From contig CAWEJX010000017.1 in the NCBI GenBank assembly GCA_963809485.1, positions 1-64,000 on the forward strand: 64,000 nucleotides of DNA. The letters run 5' to 3'. The notes below the pieces were generated by a model. It did no database searches and was not told where the DNA came from. It saw nothing but the letters and a program-made list of their open reading frames with translations. The DNA comes from an uncultured Acidobacteriota bacterium. Its GTDB lineage: Bacteria > Acidobacteriota > UBA6911. The position numbers were made by a program, and so were the translations under genes. Below, in pieces: positions 30,381 to 40,900 of this stretch; positions within the stretch are counted from its first letter, which is position 1; the number at the start of each line of letters is the position of its first letter.

Positions 30381-31727
30381 TCATTTCTGTCCGATGCAAT
30401 AGAGCAGGTTCTGGCTTCGGAGAAAAATCTCGCCTCCGCATATGGCCGGAGTGGCAATAAACATCTGGTCGGGCATGGTATTCGTCGCAAGCACCTCGAA
30501 CTGCTCGCCCATCCGCAGCACCAGCACATCCTCGTTTTCGCTCGCCAGGTAGAGTTTTCCATTCGCTCCTACGGGAGAAGACTTGAAGCTGTAGGATTTG
30601 GGCAGGCGGACCTGATGGTAGTATGGCTCGCCGGTGCGGGCATTGTAGCAGCTGACCATGCCGTTGTCGGTCAGCACATAAAGCTTGTTGTCGTGAAGGA
30701 CCGGCGAAGGAGTATAGGAATTCCCCCGCGTCTGGCTCCAGACGACGGCATCGGTGCCGGTCAAATCCCCTTCCCTGCCAAGCCGGATTGCCATGAGCTT
30801 GGGATCCCTGTGCCCGCTCATGACGAAAACAAGGTCGTCCTGGCGAACAGGGTGCGGGATTGTATTGCTGCCCAGTCCGCCGCATTCCCATATCAGTTTT
30901 CCGCTCTCAAAGTCGTAGCTGCGGACCTTGTTGACAGCGCTGACCACAACCTGTTTCTTGCCCCCGTATTCCACAACCAGGGGAGCGGCCCAATTCGATT
31001 TTTCCTCCCGGTTCACCCGCCAGATTTCCTTTCCGGTGGCTTTGTCGAGCGCGACCATGAACGAATCCCCTTCATAATCGAACACCAGGAACAGCCGGTT
31101 GCCGGAAATGACCGGTCCCATTCCTTCCCCGAACGACATCCTCATCTTCATCTGAACGCCGAAGTCTTTCTTCCAGATCAAATTCCCTTCCAGGTCGAAG
31201 CAATACATGCCGCGCGAGCCGAAAAAGGCATACAGATATTTGCCGTCCGTGACCGGCGAATTGGAGGCGAAGCTGCCGTAAGTGCCGTGATATCCCTCGT
31301 GGGGCACGGCCCTGGTCGCCGTGCGCTGCCATAGTATTTTGCCCGTCTTGCGGTCGAGGCAAAGCATATCGAACTGGTGCTCGACCTGGGGCCCCGGGGA
31401 AATCAGCGGATTGGGTTTGGCGTCAGGTTGCGGAGGTTTTGCCGGCTCATCGGCGGCCCCGATTTTAACGGCCGTCGTCAGGAATATCCGATCCCCCCAA
31501 ATAACCGGGCTGGAGTGGCCGCGTCCCGGAATTTCGGTTTTCCATTTCACATTTTGGGTATCTGTCCATTTCAGCGGCGCATCACCGACCGCCATTCCAT
31601 CTGCAGCCGGCCCGCGCCAGTAGGGCCAATCGCCTGCCGCCGGCACAGGGATTGAAGCCTGGGTCCAAATTGCCAGGGCCATGAACAAAACCGCCAGGGG
31701 CAATAAAAACACGCCGGAACTTTTCAT
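30381..31727 (-). CDS. PQQ-like (BamB-family) beta-propeller protein
   Basis: Signal peptide, WPYWRGP, GHSSPVIWGD and ALDKATGKEIW repeats. Confidence 0.9.
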   Translation of the reverse strand: MKSSGVFLLPLAVLFMALAIWTQASIPVPAAGDWPYWRGPAADGMAVGDAPLKWTDTQNVKWKTEIPGRGHSSPVIWGDRIFLTTAVKIGAADEPAKPPQPDAKPNPLISPGPQVEHQFDMLCLDRKTGKILWQRTATRAVPHEGYHGTYGSFASNSPVTDGKYLYAFFGSRGMYCFDLEGNLIWKKDFGVQMKMRMSFGEGMGPVISGNRLFLVFDYEGDSFMVALDKATGKEIWRVNREEKSNWAAPLVVEYGGKKQVVVSAVNKVRSYDFESGKLIWECGGLGSNTIPHPVRQDDLVFVMSGHRDPKLMAIRLGREGDLTGTDAVVWSQTRGNSYTPSPVLHDNKLYVLTDNGMVSCYNARTGEPYYHQVRLPKSYSFKSSPVGANGKLYLASENEDVLVLRMGEQFEVLATNTMPDQMFIATPAICGGEIFLRSQNLLYCIGQK

Positions 31728-31908
31728 AACGTAGTCCTCCTGCATTATAGGTTTATGGATTCCAGGGAACAGGTCAAGAGAAACCGGCGGCATATTGAGA
31801 GCTTTTGACCGGGTCCGCCGCACTTGAATCTATATTCCTTCATCCTGTATTCTGACCTGGTGGATTTTCCCGCACTCTGAGGCCCTTGCTTTTTGAGTGG
31901 AGAAGCCT

Positions 31909-33135
31909 ATGCGTCTCTTCAAGTTGCCCGCTGTATTTTTGGGATTTGTGATCCCGGCAGTCGCTTTCAATAGCGATTGGACTCAATGGCGCGGCCCCGG
32001 CCGGCAGGGCGTCTCAAGCGAAACCGGTTTTTTAAAGGAGTGGCCAAAGACAGGCCCGCCCCTGCTCTGGTCCATCCAGGGATTGGGGCAAGGCTATGGC
32101 AGTGTAGCCATACAGGGCGACCGCATTTACGTCCAGGGCACCCAGGGCAAAGAAAGCGTCGTTTTCTGCCTGAATCGCGCCGACGGCAAGAAAATCTGGG
32201 CGAGACCCCTGGGCCGGGCCCTGGAACAGGACAGGGGGGGCGGGCCGCGCGGGACGCCCAGCTTGGAAGGCGATCGGCTCTATGCCCTTTCGGAAAACGG
32301 CGACCTTGCGTGTATCGATGCACAGAGCGGTTCCGTTGTATGGTTCCTGAACATACTTGCTAGGTTTAAGGGGAAAAATCCGAATTGGCACATCAGCGAA
32401 TCTCCTCTGATAGACGGCAAAAACCTCATCATCACGCCCGGGGGAGAGAAAGCCGCGATAGCGGCCCTGGATAAAGCCACCGGCAAAACTGTCTGGACCT
32501 CCGCAGACCTGAGCGATCCAGCCGCCTATTCTTCATGCATCGTGGCCGATGTTCAGGGCGTCCGCACCATCATGGCTCTCACTTCGGGAGCCGGCGTCGG
32601 AGTGAGAGCAAACGACGGCAAACTCATGTGGCGTTATACAAAGGTCTCGAACCGGACTGCCAATATCGCGACGCCGATTTTTTTCAACAACAAGGTTTTC
32701 TACACTACGGCCTACGATACAGGTTCAGCCCTGCTGCGATTGAGATCGGAGTACGGACTGGTCAAAGCCGAGGAGCAATATTTCAGCCCAGGCATGATGA
32801 ACCACCACGGGGGCGTGATTCTGGTAAACGGCTTTCTCTACGGATTTTCCAACGCAATTCTGACCTGCATGGAGTTTGAAACCGGGAAAGTGCGCTGGCG
32901 TCACCGGAGTGTGGGCAAGGGATCGCTTACCTACGCGGATGGCGGTTTATATCTTTTATCCGAGGATAACAAAGTCGGCCTGGCAGAAGCGAATCCATCG
33001 GCCTATCTGGAAAAAGGCCGGTTTGAAATCGCGGATCAGGGCTGGCCCAGCTGGGCCCATCCCGTAGTCTGTGAAGGCAAGCTTTACATCCGCAATCAGG
33101 GAGTGCTTGCCTGTTACAACGTGAAGGCAAAATAG
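31909..33135 (+). CDS. PQQ-like beta-propeller protein
   Basis: WTQWRGP, GPRGTP, ALDKATGKTVW and WAHPVV motifs. Confidence 0.9.
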   Translation: MRLFKLPAVFLGFVIPAVAFNSDWTQWRGPGRQGVSSETGFLKEWPKTGPPLLWSIQGLGQGYGSVAIQGDRIYVQGTQGKESVVFCLNRADGKKIWARPLGRALEQDRGGGPRGTPSLEGDRLYALSENGDLACIDAQSGSVVWFLNILARFKGKNPNWHISESPLIDGKNLIITPGGEKAAIAALDKATGKTVWTSADLSDPAAYSSCIVADVQGVRTIMALTSGAGVGVRANDGKLMWRYTKVSNRTANIATPIFFNNKVFYTTAYDTGSALLRLRSEYGLVKAEEQYFSPGMMNHHGGVILVNGFLYGFSNAILTCMEFETGKVRWRHRSVGKGSLTYADGGLYLLSEDNKVGLAEANPSAYLEKGRFEIADQGWPSWAHPVVCEGKLYIRNQGVLACYNVKAK

Positions 33136-33210
33136 CCAAAGCCGGAACAGCGAGTATCCGAGCTTCCGGCTTCGCTTACGGCTTCTCGATGGATAGATAG
33201 CAACAAAAAC

Positions 33211-34632
33211 ATGAAAAAAAAATTCAATCAATCCAAAAATGCGATTACGGGATCCCTTCTGGCGCTCCTGATGGTGCTGCCCATCGCCTCGCAGGATTGG
33301 CCGATGTGGGGCGGCACATCGGGCCGGAACATGACATCGCCCATGAAAAATCTTCCGGCGGTCTGGGATGCAGCCACCGGAAAAAACATCAAGTGGAAAG
33401 CAGGCCTGGGATCAACCTCTTACGGTAATCCCGTTATTTCAGGCGGGAAGATCTTTCTCGGAACCAACAACGACAATCCGAAGAATGCCGAAATCACGGG
33501 AGACAAGGGTATTCTGCTGTGCCTGCGCGAATCGGACGGAAAATTCCTGTGGCAGGCTGTTTCCGACAAATTGGAGCAGGGACTCGACTGGCCCGAACAG
33601 GGAGTCTGCTCTTCGCCGGCCGTTGAAGGCAAGCGGCTTTACTACGTCACCAACCGCGGCGAACTGGTTTGCCTGGACACTGAGGGGTTTCTCGACGGCA
33701 CCAACGATGGCCCTTATAAGGAAGAAACCTACAAGGGCTCGACGGATGCGGACATCATCTGGAAGCTGGACATGATGAAGGAGTTGGGCGTCGTCCAGCA
33801 CAATATGGCTAACTCCTCTCCCGCTATCTGGCAAGACCTGGTTTTTGTCGAGACTTCGAACGGTCAGGACGAAAACCACGAAAAAATCACCTCGCCCCTT
33901 GCTCCCAGCTTCATCGCCGTTGACAAAAATACCGGGAAAGTCGTCTGGAAGGATAATTCGCCCGGAGAACGCATTCTTCACGGCCAGTGGTCGTCGCCGG
34001 CATTGGGAGAAGTCGCAGGAGTGCAGCAGGTATTTTTCCCGGGAGGCGATGGATGGCTCTACGGTTTCGAGGCTCGCACCGGCCAGAAGCTCTGGAGCTT
34101 CGATACAAATCCAAAGGATGCCGTCTGGCCGAAAACCCGCAATTACGTCATCGCCACTCCGGTTTTCCATGAGGGGAAAGTGATTCTGGCTGTCGGGCAG
34201 GATCCGGAAAACGGCGAAGGCATCGGGCACATGTACTGTATCGATCCGTCCAGGCGGGGCGTGATCACCGAAAGCGGGCTTGTATGGCATTATGACAAGA
34301 TCCGCCGGTCCATCTCAACCGCGGCAATATCCGATGGCCTGGTTTATGCTTCAGATTACACCGGATTCCTTCATTGCCTGGACTTTCAAACCGGGAAGCC
34401 TTATTGGACGTACGATATGCTTGCAGCAATCTGGGGTTCCCCATTCGTGGCAGACGGGAAAGTTTACCTCGGGGACGAGGACGGGGATGTCGTGGTTTTC
34501 CAGGCCGGCAAAGAGCTCAAAAAGTTGTCGGAGATCAACATGGGCAGCGCAATATACGGCACGCCCGTGGCCGCGAACGGGGTGCTGTACATCATGAACC
34601 GCATGGAGCTCTATGCCATCCAAAATCAATGA
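33211..34632 (+). CDS. PQQ-like beta-propeller protein
   Basis: DWPMWGG, GVCSSP, AVDKNTGKVVW and HGQWSSP motifs. Confidence 0.9.
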   Translation: MKKKFNQSKNAITGSLLALLMVLPIASQDWPMWGGTSGRNMTSPMKNLPAVWDAATGKNIKWKAGLGSTSYGNPVISGGKIFLGTNNDNPKNAEITGDKGILLCLRESDGKFLWQAVSDKLEQGLDWPEQGVCSSPAVEGKRLYYVTNRGELVCLDTEGFLDGTNDGPYKEETYKGSTDADIIWKLDMMKELGVVQHNMANSSPAIWQDLVFVETSNGQDENHEKITSPLAPSFIAVDKNTGKVVWKDNSPGERILHGQWSSPALGEVAGVQQVFFPGGDGWLYGFEARTGQKLWSFDTNPKDAVWPKTRNYVIATPVFHEGKVILAVGQDPENGEGIGHMYCIDPSRRGVITESGLVWHYDKIRRSISTAAISDGLVYASDYTGFLHCLDFQTGKPYWTYDMLAAIWGSPFVADGKVYLGDEDGDVVVFQAGKELKKLSEINMGSAIYGTPVAANGVLYIMNRMELYAIQNQ

Positions 34633-34772
34633 CGAATTACTAATTACGAATTACGAATGGACTCATACCGCCAGGAACCCGGTTGGTCCGGCCGTTCCGA
34701 ATAGTAGATTCAGCACCAGCCACCTATCCCGTATGGTTCAATTCGTCATTCGTCATTCGTCATTCGTCATTC
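34628..34772. repeat. Inverted pair of 7-mer tandem arrays
   Basis: AATgACG-like units about 4x at 34628-34659 face (ATTCGTC)x4 at 34741-34772. Confidence 0.75.
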
Positions 34773-35848
34773 TGTTCCTGTGTTCCGCTCTGGCCGCCGA
34801 TTTAGCTCCGGCAGGATGGCCGATGTTCCGCGGTTCGCCTTCACTCACAGGCGCAACCGATGTTGATCTGCCGAAACCGCTCAAGCTGCGCTGGGAATTC
34901 CGGGCAAAGGATTCCATCGAATCCTCTGCAGCCATCTCCGGGGGCCTGGTGTACGTTGGATCGATGGACAGTTCCCTCTATGCCGTGGATCTTGCCACCG
35001 GGAAGATGCGCTGGCGCTATGCCACAGCCGGACCCGTGCAGGAATCCTCGCCCTGCGTCGGGAACGGGATGGTCTATGTCGGCGACCTCGAGGGAATTCT
35101 CCACGCGGTCGACGCGGCAACGGGGAAGGGCCGATGGACATTCAAGGCCGAAAGCGAAATCAAATCATCGCCCAATTGCGCAGGCGACAGGGTCTATTTC
35201 GGGTCCTACGACCAGAATCTCTATTGCCTCTCCGCCAAAACCGGCGCCCTGATATGGAAATACACCACGGATGGCCCGGTGCACTGTACTCCTGCCCTCG
35301 ACCGGGGCCGCGTTTACGTTTCCGGGTGCGATGAAAACCTCAGGGCCATCGATGCGGCAACCGGAAAGCAGATATTCGCCCTGCAGCTTGGCGGCTATAC
35401 CGGCGCTTCCGCCGCAATACGGGATAACGCCGTTTACGTCGGTACCTTCGCCAACGAAGTGCTTGCCATAGATCTCGGCAGCAAGGCTACCCGGTGGACC
35501 TACAGGCACCCGAGCCGCAGTTTCCCTTTTTATTCCTCGGCAGCCGTGACGGCAGTCCGCGTCGTCCTGGGAGGAAGGGATAAACTTGTGCACTGCCTGG
35601 AGAGATCCACCGGAAAGCAGATCTGGACATTTCCGACGCGAGCCCGGGTCGAGTCTTCTCCCCTCATTGCCGGAAACCGTGTTTTTGTCGGATCGAATGA
35701 CGGGCTCCTGTATGAGCTGGACCTGGCAAGCGGCCAAAAAAACTGGGAGTTCACGGCCGGCGCCCCGCTGTCGGCATCGCCCGCCGCTGTCCGGGGATTC
35801 CTCGTCATCGGATCTCAGGACGGCGTGCTTTACTGCTTTGGGAGCTGA
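34733..35848 (+). CDS. PQQ-like beta-propeller protein
   Basis: WPMFRG, ESSAAI..VYVGS.D..LYAVD repeats; start codon uncertain. Confidence 0.88.
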   Translation: MVQFVIRHSSFVILFLCSALAADLAPAGWPMFRGSPSLTGATDVDLPKPLKLRWEFRAKDSIESSAAISGGLVYVGSMDSSLYAVDLATGKMRWRYATAGPVQESSPCVGNGMVYVGDLEGILHAVDAATGKGRWTFKAESEIKSSPNCAGDRVYFGSYDQNLYCLSAKTGALIWKYTTDGPVHCTPALDRGRVYVSGCDENLRAIDAATGKQIFALQLGGYTGASAAIRDNAVYVGTFANEVLAIDLGSKATRWTYRHPSRSFPFYSSAAVTAVRVVLGGRDKLVHCLERSTGKQIWTFPTRARVESSPLIAGNRVFVGSNDGLLYELDLASGQKNWEFTAGAPLSASPAAVRGFLVIGSQDGVLYCFGS

Positions 35849-35854
35849 AGCTAT

Positions 35855-37144
35855 ATGCGGATTGCCTGCATCACGGCCGGGGCGGGAAGAATGTACTGCG
35901 GGAGCTGCCTGCGCGACAACGCCCTCGCCCGCGCCTTGATGGACGCAGGCCACGACGTGATTTTGATTCCCACTTACACGCCGACGCGTACCGATGAGGA
36001 CAATGTCAGCACGCACCGCGTTTTCATGGGCGGAATCAACGTATATCTCCAGCAGCGCTTCAAGGCCTTGCGCAGGTCCCCGCGATTTCTCAGCCGGCTC
36101 CTGGATTCGGGCCCGCTGCTGCGGCTTGCCACCCGCTCCGGCATAAGCGTGAATCCGGCCGCCCTGGGAGAACTTGCGGTCTCCATGCTGAAGGGCACCC
36201 ACGGGTCCGTACGCGGAGAAATTCAGGAACTGGTGGGATTTTTGAGCGGCGAAATTTCACCCGAAATCATCAATCTTCCAAATTCCATGCTCATCGCGCT
36301 GGCGCCGGCTCTAAAGGCTTCTTTGAACGTGCCGGTATGCTGCACTTTCCAGGGGGAGGATTTATTCCTGGATGGGCTCCCTGAGGTTCACCGCAAGGAA
36401 TCAATCCGGCTTATTCGCGAGCATGCGGATGCCGTCGACGCATTCATAGCCGTAAGCTATTTCGGCGCCCGCCGTATGGCGAACTATCTCGGGATCAACA
36501 TCAACCGCATCCGCGTCGTTCCCCTGGGCATCAATTTCGACGGCTTTGAGCCCGCGGACCGGAAGGACTCCGAACCATTTACCATCGGCTACCTGGCACG
36601 GATCAGTCCCGAGAAAGGGCTGCACTTCCTGTGCGAAGCCTATCGCCGCCTGAGGCTTCTCAACGGCAGGAGCGCCAGCCGCCTGTGGGCCGCGGGATAC
36701 CTGGCCCCGGATCATAAATCCTATCTTTCGGGCATCCGGAAAAATCTGGCTTCCTGGGGGATTTCGGATCATTTCAGCTATCATGGCGAACTCGACAGGC
36801 GCGAAAAACTGGATTTCCTGAGAAATACAAGCGTCTTCTCGGTACCCACACCCTACGCCGAGCCCAAAGGATTATTCCTGCTTGAAGCCATGGCCGGCGG
36901 CATTCCCGTGGTTCAGCCGCGGCGCGGGGCCTTTACGGAAATGATCGAAACGACCGGCGGCGGGCTCCTGGTCGAACCGGACAACCCGGACGCGCTGGCG
37001 GAGGGGTTGCTGGAGCTTTGGAAAAATCCCGAAAAAAGAGCGGAAATGGGCGCAAGGGGATATCACGGAGTGCGCGAGAATTACAGCACGGCGCAAATGG
37101 CGGAAAAGGCTTTGCAGATCTATCGCATGCTTATAAAACGGTGA
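35855..37144 (+). CDS. Glycosyltransferase family 4
   Basis: GYLARISPEKG and EPKGLFLLEAMAGGIPVV; N-terminal GRMYCGSCLRDN. Confidence 0.9.
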   Translation: MRIACITAGAGRMYCGSCLRDNALARALMDAGHDVILIPTYTPTRTDEDNVSTHRVFMGGINVYLQQRFKALRRSPRFLSRLLDSGPLLRLATRSGISVNPAALGELAVSMLKGTHGSVRGEIQELVGFLSGEISPEIINLPNSMLIALAPALKASLNVPVCCTFQGEDLFLDGLPEVHRKESIRLIREHADAVDAFIAVSYFGARRMANYLGININRIRVVPLGINFDGFEPADRKDSEPFTIGYLARISPEKGLHFLCEAYRRLRLLNGRSASRLWAAGYLAPDHKSYLSGIRKNLASWGISDHFSYHGELDRREKLDFLRNTSVFSVPTPYAEPKGLFLLEAMAGGIPVVQPRRGAFTEMIETTGGGLLVEPDNPDALAEGLLELWKNPEKRAEMGARGYHGVRENYSTAQMAEKALQIYRMLIKR

Positions 37145-37168
37145 CGAATAGGCAGGAAATAAACGGGT

Positions 37169-37238
37169 AATCCCTCAGCTCTGCTGGGGACTCACAGAGT
37201 TTGACAGTTTCAGGATCATTGAACGCTGACGAACGCCG
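37169..37238 (+). repeat. Small dispersed element with (AACGCTGACG)-type tail, copy 1
   Basis: Core 37187-37230 is 39/44 identical to the reverse complement of 43638-43681. Confidence 0.7.
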
Positions 37239-37248
37239 AAAGGATCCC

Positions 37249-37926
37249 ATGCTTGAAGCACACAATATTTCCAAAAAATATCCCATGGCGGACGGACAGT
37301 TGGGTGTGCTGTCGGATGTCAGCATCCGCCTGAGTGCAGGCGACGCCATTTCCATAACAGGCCCATCAGGGAGCGGCAAGAGCACGCTTCTTTACATCCT
37401 GGGCGCGCTCGAACCTCCCACGGAAGGGACCGTTCTGCTTGACGGTGTGAATCCCTATGAACTGGATGAGCGAGGCGTCTCCGCATTTCGCAACCGGAAA
37501 ATCGGCTTTGTATTTCAGGATCACCACCTGCTTCCGCAATGCACGGTGCTGGAAAACGTCCTGGTCCCGACCCTGCCCGCCCCACCGGATGGTTCCGCCG
37601 AACCGCGGGCCCTGGACCTGCTCGGCCAGGTCGGATTGCGTTCCCGGCTACACCACCATCCGCACGAGTTATCCGGGGGCGAAAAGCAGCGCGTCGCGCT
37701 GGCCCGCGCCCTCATGATGAAACCCGACCTCGTTCTTTGTGACGAGCCAACCGGGAACCTGGACCGCGACTCCACGGAGTTGGTTACGGAGCTATTGCTC
37801 AATCTCCACAAGCAGAGGCAGGACATTCTGATTGTTGTTACGCACAATCCGGAGGTGGCTGCAAAATTCAGCCACAGGTACCGGCTCAGCGAAGCCCGCC
37901 TGCAGCCGGAGGGCGCGGGCTCCTAG
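37249..37926 (+). CDS. ABC transporter ATP-binding protein (LolD/MacB type)
   Basis: GPSGSGKST, LSGGEKQR and DEPTGNLD. Confidence 0.95.
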   Translation: MLEAHNISKKYPMADGQLGVLSDVSIRLSAGDAISITGPSGSGKSTLLYILGALEPPTEGTVLLDGVNPYELDERGVSAFRNRKIGFVFQDHHLLPQCTVLENVLVPTLPAPPDGSAEPRALDLLGQVGLRSRLHHHPHELSGGEKQRVALARALMMKPDLVLCDEPTGNLDRDSTELVTELLLNLHKQRQDILIVVTHNPEVAAKFSHRYRLSEARLQPEGAGS

Positions 37927-37942
37927 CCTGCAGGAGTGATCC

Positions 37943-40900
37943 GTGAAGCTGAAACAACTACTATTTCGCAACCTTTTTTATTACTGGCGAACCAATTTAG
38001 CCGTCGTCGCAGGAGTGGCAACCGCAGCCGCCGTCCTTTCCGGCGCGCTTCTGGCAGGCCAATCGGTGCGCGAGAGCCTGCGCCGCCTGCTTTTTGAGCG
38101 GATCGGCGCAACCGGATACGTAGTAACCACGAATGATTTTTTCGGTGAAAACCTGGCGGCAGCGCTCGCCGCTCCGGGCGGCAGCTGTCCGATCATTTAT
38201 CTTAAAGGAGTCCTGACGCTCGAAAAAAGCGGCATTCAAGCGTACGACGTCAACGTTTACGGCATTGACGAGAGGTTCTGGAGATTTCAGGGAACGGAAG
38301 GTCCGGCATTGGCAGAAAGCCGTGGAGGATACATCGGTTCCAGCCTGGCGCGGTATCTGGATGCCGCCCCGGGCGATGCGATGTTATTGAGGATTGAGAC
38401 CAAACAGGCTATCCCGAGAGAATGGCTTTATGGGCAGCGCGACGCAGTCGGGAAAACCATGCGGCTGGATTGCGCCGGCATCATCCCCGCGAACCGGCTG
38501 GGCGAGTTTTCGCTGCGCCCTACGCAGGGAAACGTCTATTCGATTTTCGTACCGTCGAAGCTGCTCCAAAGAGAGCTCGAGCAGCCTTCGCGGATCAATA
38601 CCATCCTCTTGGGCGCGCAGGCTCAAAAGGAAGGGCCCGCTTCGGTTTCGAACACGCTGAAATCCGCCCTCTCTCTTCAGGATCTGGGTTTAACGCTTAG
38701 ACCCGCGCCCGCAGGAGACGCATTTTCGCTGGAAAGCAATCGCATCATTCTGGACGATGCCCTGGCGGAAGAGGCGCTGAAGGCCGCCTCGCATTTGGGC
38801 ATGGACGCTTCGCCGGTCTACACCTACCTGGTGAATTCCATCCGCGCAAAGGACCGGGAGATCCCCTACTCCATAATCTCTGCGGTCGACCTCGGCAAGG
38901 GCGCCATGGCGTCCATTCATGCCCTGAAGCGCGCAGACTCTCAAAGGGTGCCCGCTGATTCCGGCAACCCGATATGGCTCACAGACTGGGCTCAGCGGGA
39001 TCTCGGCATTACCGAAGGCGAACCTCTGGAAATCGACTATTACTTCTGGCTGGACGAGGGAAACCTGGTAACGCGGACCGCCCGCTTCCGCCTGGCAGGC
39101 GTCGTTCCAATCGCCGGGCCTGTTGATACGGCGCTGGCTCCTGAAATTCCCGGCATAACCCTAACCGACAGCATTCACTCGTGGAACCCTCCGTTCCCAA
39201 TGGATCTGAGCCGCATTCGCACGAGGGACGAGGATTATTGGGATCGATACCGGGCGACACCCAAAGCCTTCATCCCGCTGGCAAAGGGACAGGAACTCTG
39301 GGCCAACCGATTCGGCAAATTGACGGGAATTCGCGTTTCCGTACCCGGAGGCGAGAATCTCGAATCCGCCCGGAAGCGGATTGCACAGGCCTTGCTCGAC
39401 GGCTTGGATGCAGACAAGGCTGGCTTCAGGATAAACGCAGTTCGGGACCTGGGTTTGACGGCCTCACAAGGGTCAACGGACTTCGGGGAATATTTTGCCT
39501 ATTTCAGTTCGTTTCTGATTGCGGCCGCCATTCTTCTTTCGGCTTTGTTTTTCCGTTTGATGACAGAGCAGCGCGTGCGGGAGATCGGGATTCTCCGGGC
39601 TGCCGGATACTCAATAAAAATGCTGCGGCGCATCCTGTTCACCGAAGGTGTGATTTTATCCCTCGCCGGCATCGTCATTGGGTTGCTGGGATCGATTGCC
39701 TACGGATGGTTCATGGTTTACGGGTTGCGCACTTTCTGGACCGGGGCGGTCGGGACACAGCGTCTTTACCTGCACATTTCGTGGGCTTACCTGGCTATCG
39801 GCGCTTTTGCGGGATTGGCTTTCTCTCTCGGGACCATCGCATGGACGCTGCGGGACCTGTGGAGGAATTCGCCCCGTATGCTGCTGACGGGCGTTGTCGA
39901 ATCGTCAGCGCTCAGAACACGCCGGGCACGGTTCTCGGGAATCGTTTCCGTCATTTCCCTGCTGGCCGCGGCGATTCTGATCGCGGGTTCATTCTGGAAG
40001 AAAATTCCGCAGATCGAGGCCTTCTTCGGTGCAGGATTCCTGCTGCTTATCTCAATTCTCTGCCTGACTGCCTTGTACCTGCGCGGAAATCGATCACGCC
40101 TGTTACGCGGTAACGGCTGGACCGCATTCTTCCGCTTCGGGATGCGCAACGCCATGCACCGGCCGGCCCGCAGCCTGCTGTGCGCGTCCCTGATTGCCTC
40201 GGCAACATTTTTGATCATTTCCATGGAAGCGTTCCGCCGGGATCTTCAGCAGATCTCGCTGGAGCCAAAATCCGGCACCGGCGGATATCCGCTGGTAGCC
40301 GAAACGCAAATTCCCGTTGTCTATGATCCTAACAGCAAAGAAGGTATGGAGGCTCTCGGGCTTGACACGCTGGACGCTTCAGACAAAGAAAGCCTGAAGT
40401 TTGTTTCCTTCCGCGAACGCCCCGGGGACGACGCCAGCTGCCTGAATCTGTACGCGCCCCGGGAACCCAGAATCCTGGGAGCGCCGCGATCCTTCCTGTC
40501 GGCCGGAAGGTTTGTCTTTCAGGATTCGCTCGCCGCGACGCCAGAGCAGAAGCGCAACCCGTGGCTGCTGCTCGATTCCCCCGCTGACGGCGGGGCGATT
40601 CCCGCAATCGCGGATGCAAACACGATTCAGTACATACTCCACCTCTCTGTCGGCAGCGAGCTTACCGTGCCGGGGGCAAAGGGGAATCCTGTTCGCCTGC
40701 GTCTTGTCGCTTCGTTGAGTGACAGCATATTTCAGGGGGAACTGCTGATTTCGGAGGCCAATTTTATGCGCGCATTCCCCGATTACGAAGGATATCGGTT
40801 CTTCCTTCTGGACGCCCCGGAAAGCGCGGCTGAATCGCTGACGCAGCCGCTCAAGCAGGCTCTGGCCTACTGGGGCATCCGCCTGGAATCTTCCCGGGAT

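Noticed and set aside
29523-31334. 603-aa plus-strand ORF (likewise 11531-12946 minus and 23292-24491 plus)
   Set aside because: Antisense shadows of well-supported genes in GC-rich DNA.
30381-35848. Propellers as true PQQ-dependent alcohol or glucose dehydrogenases
   Set aside because: At 370-470 aa they are shorter than typical quinoproteins, show only generic repeat motifs, and no pqq genes are nearby.
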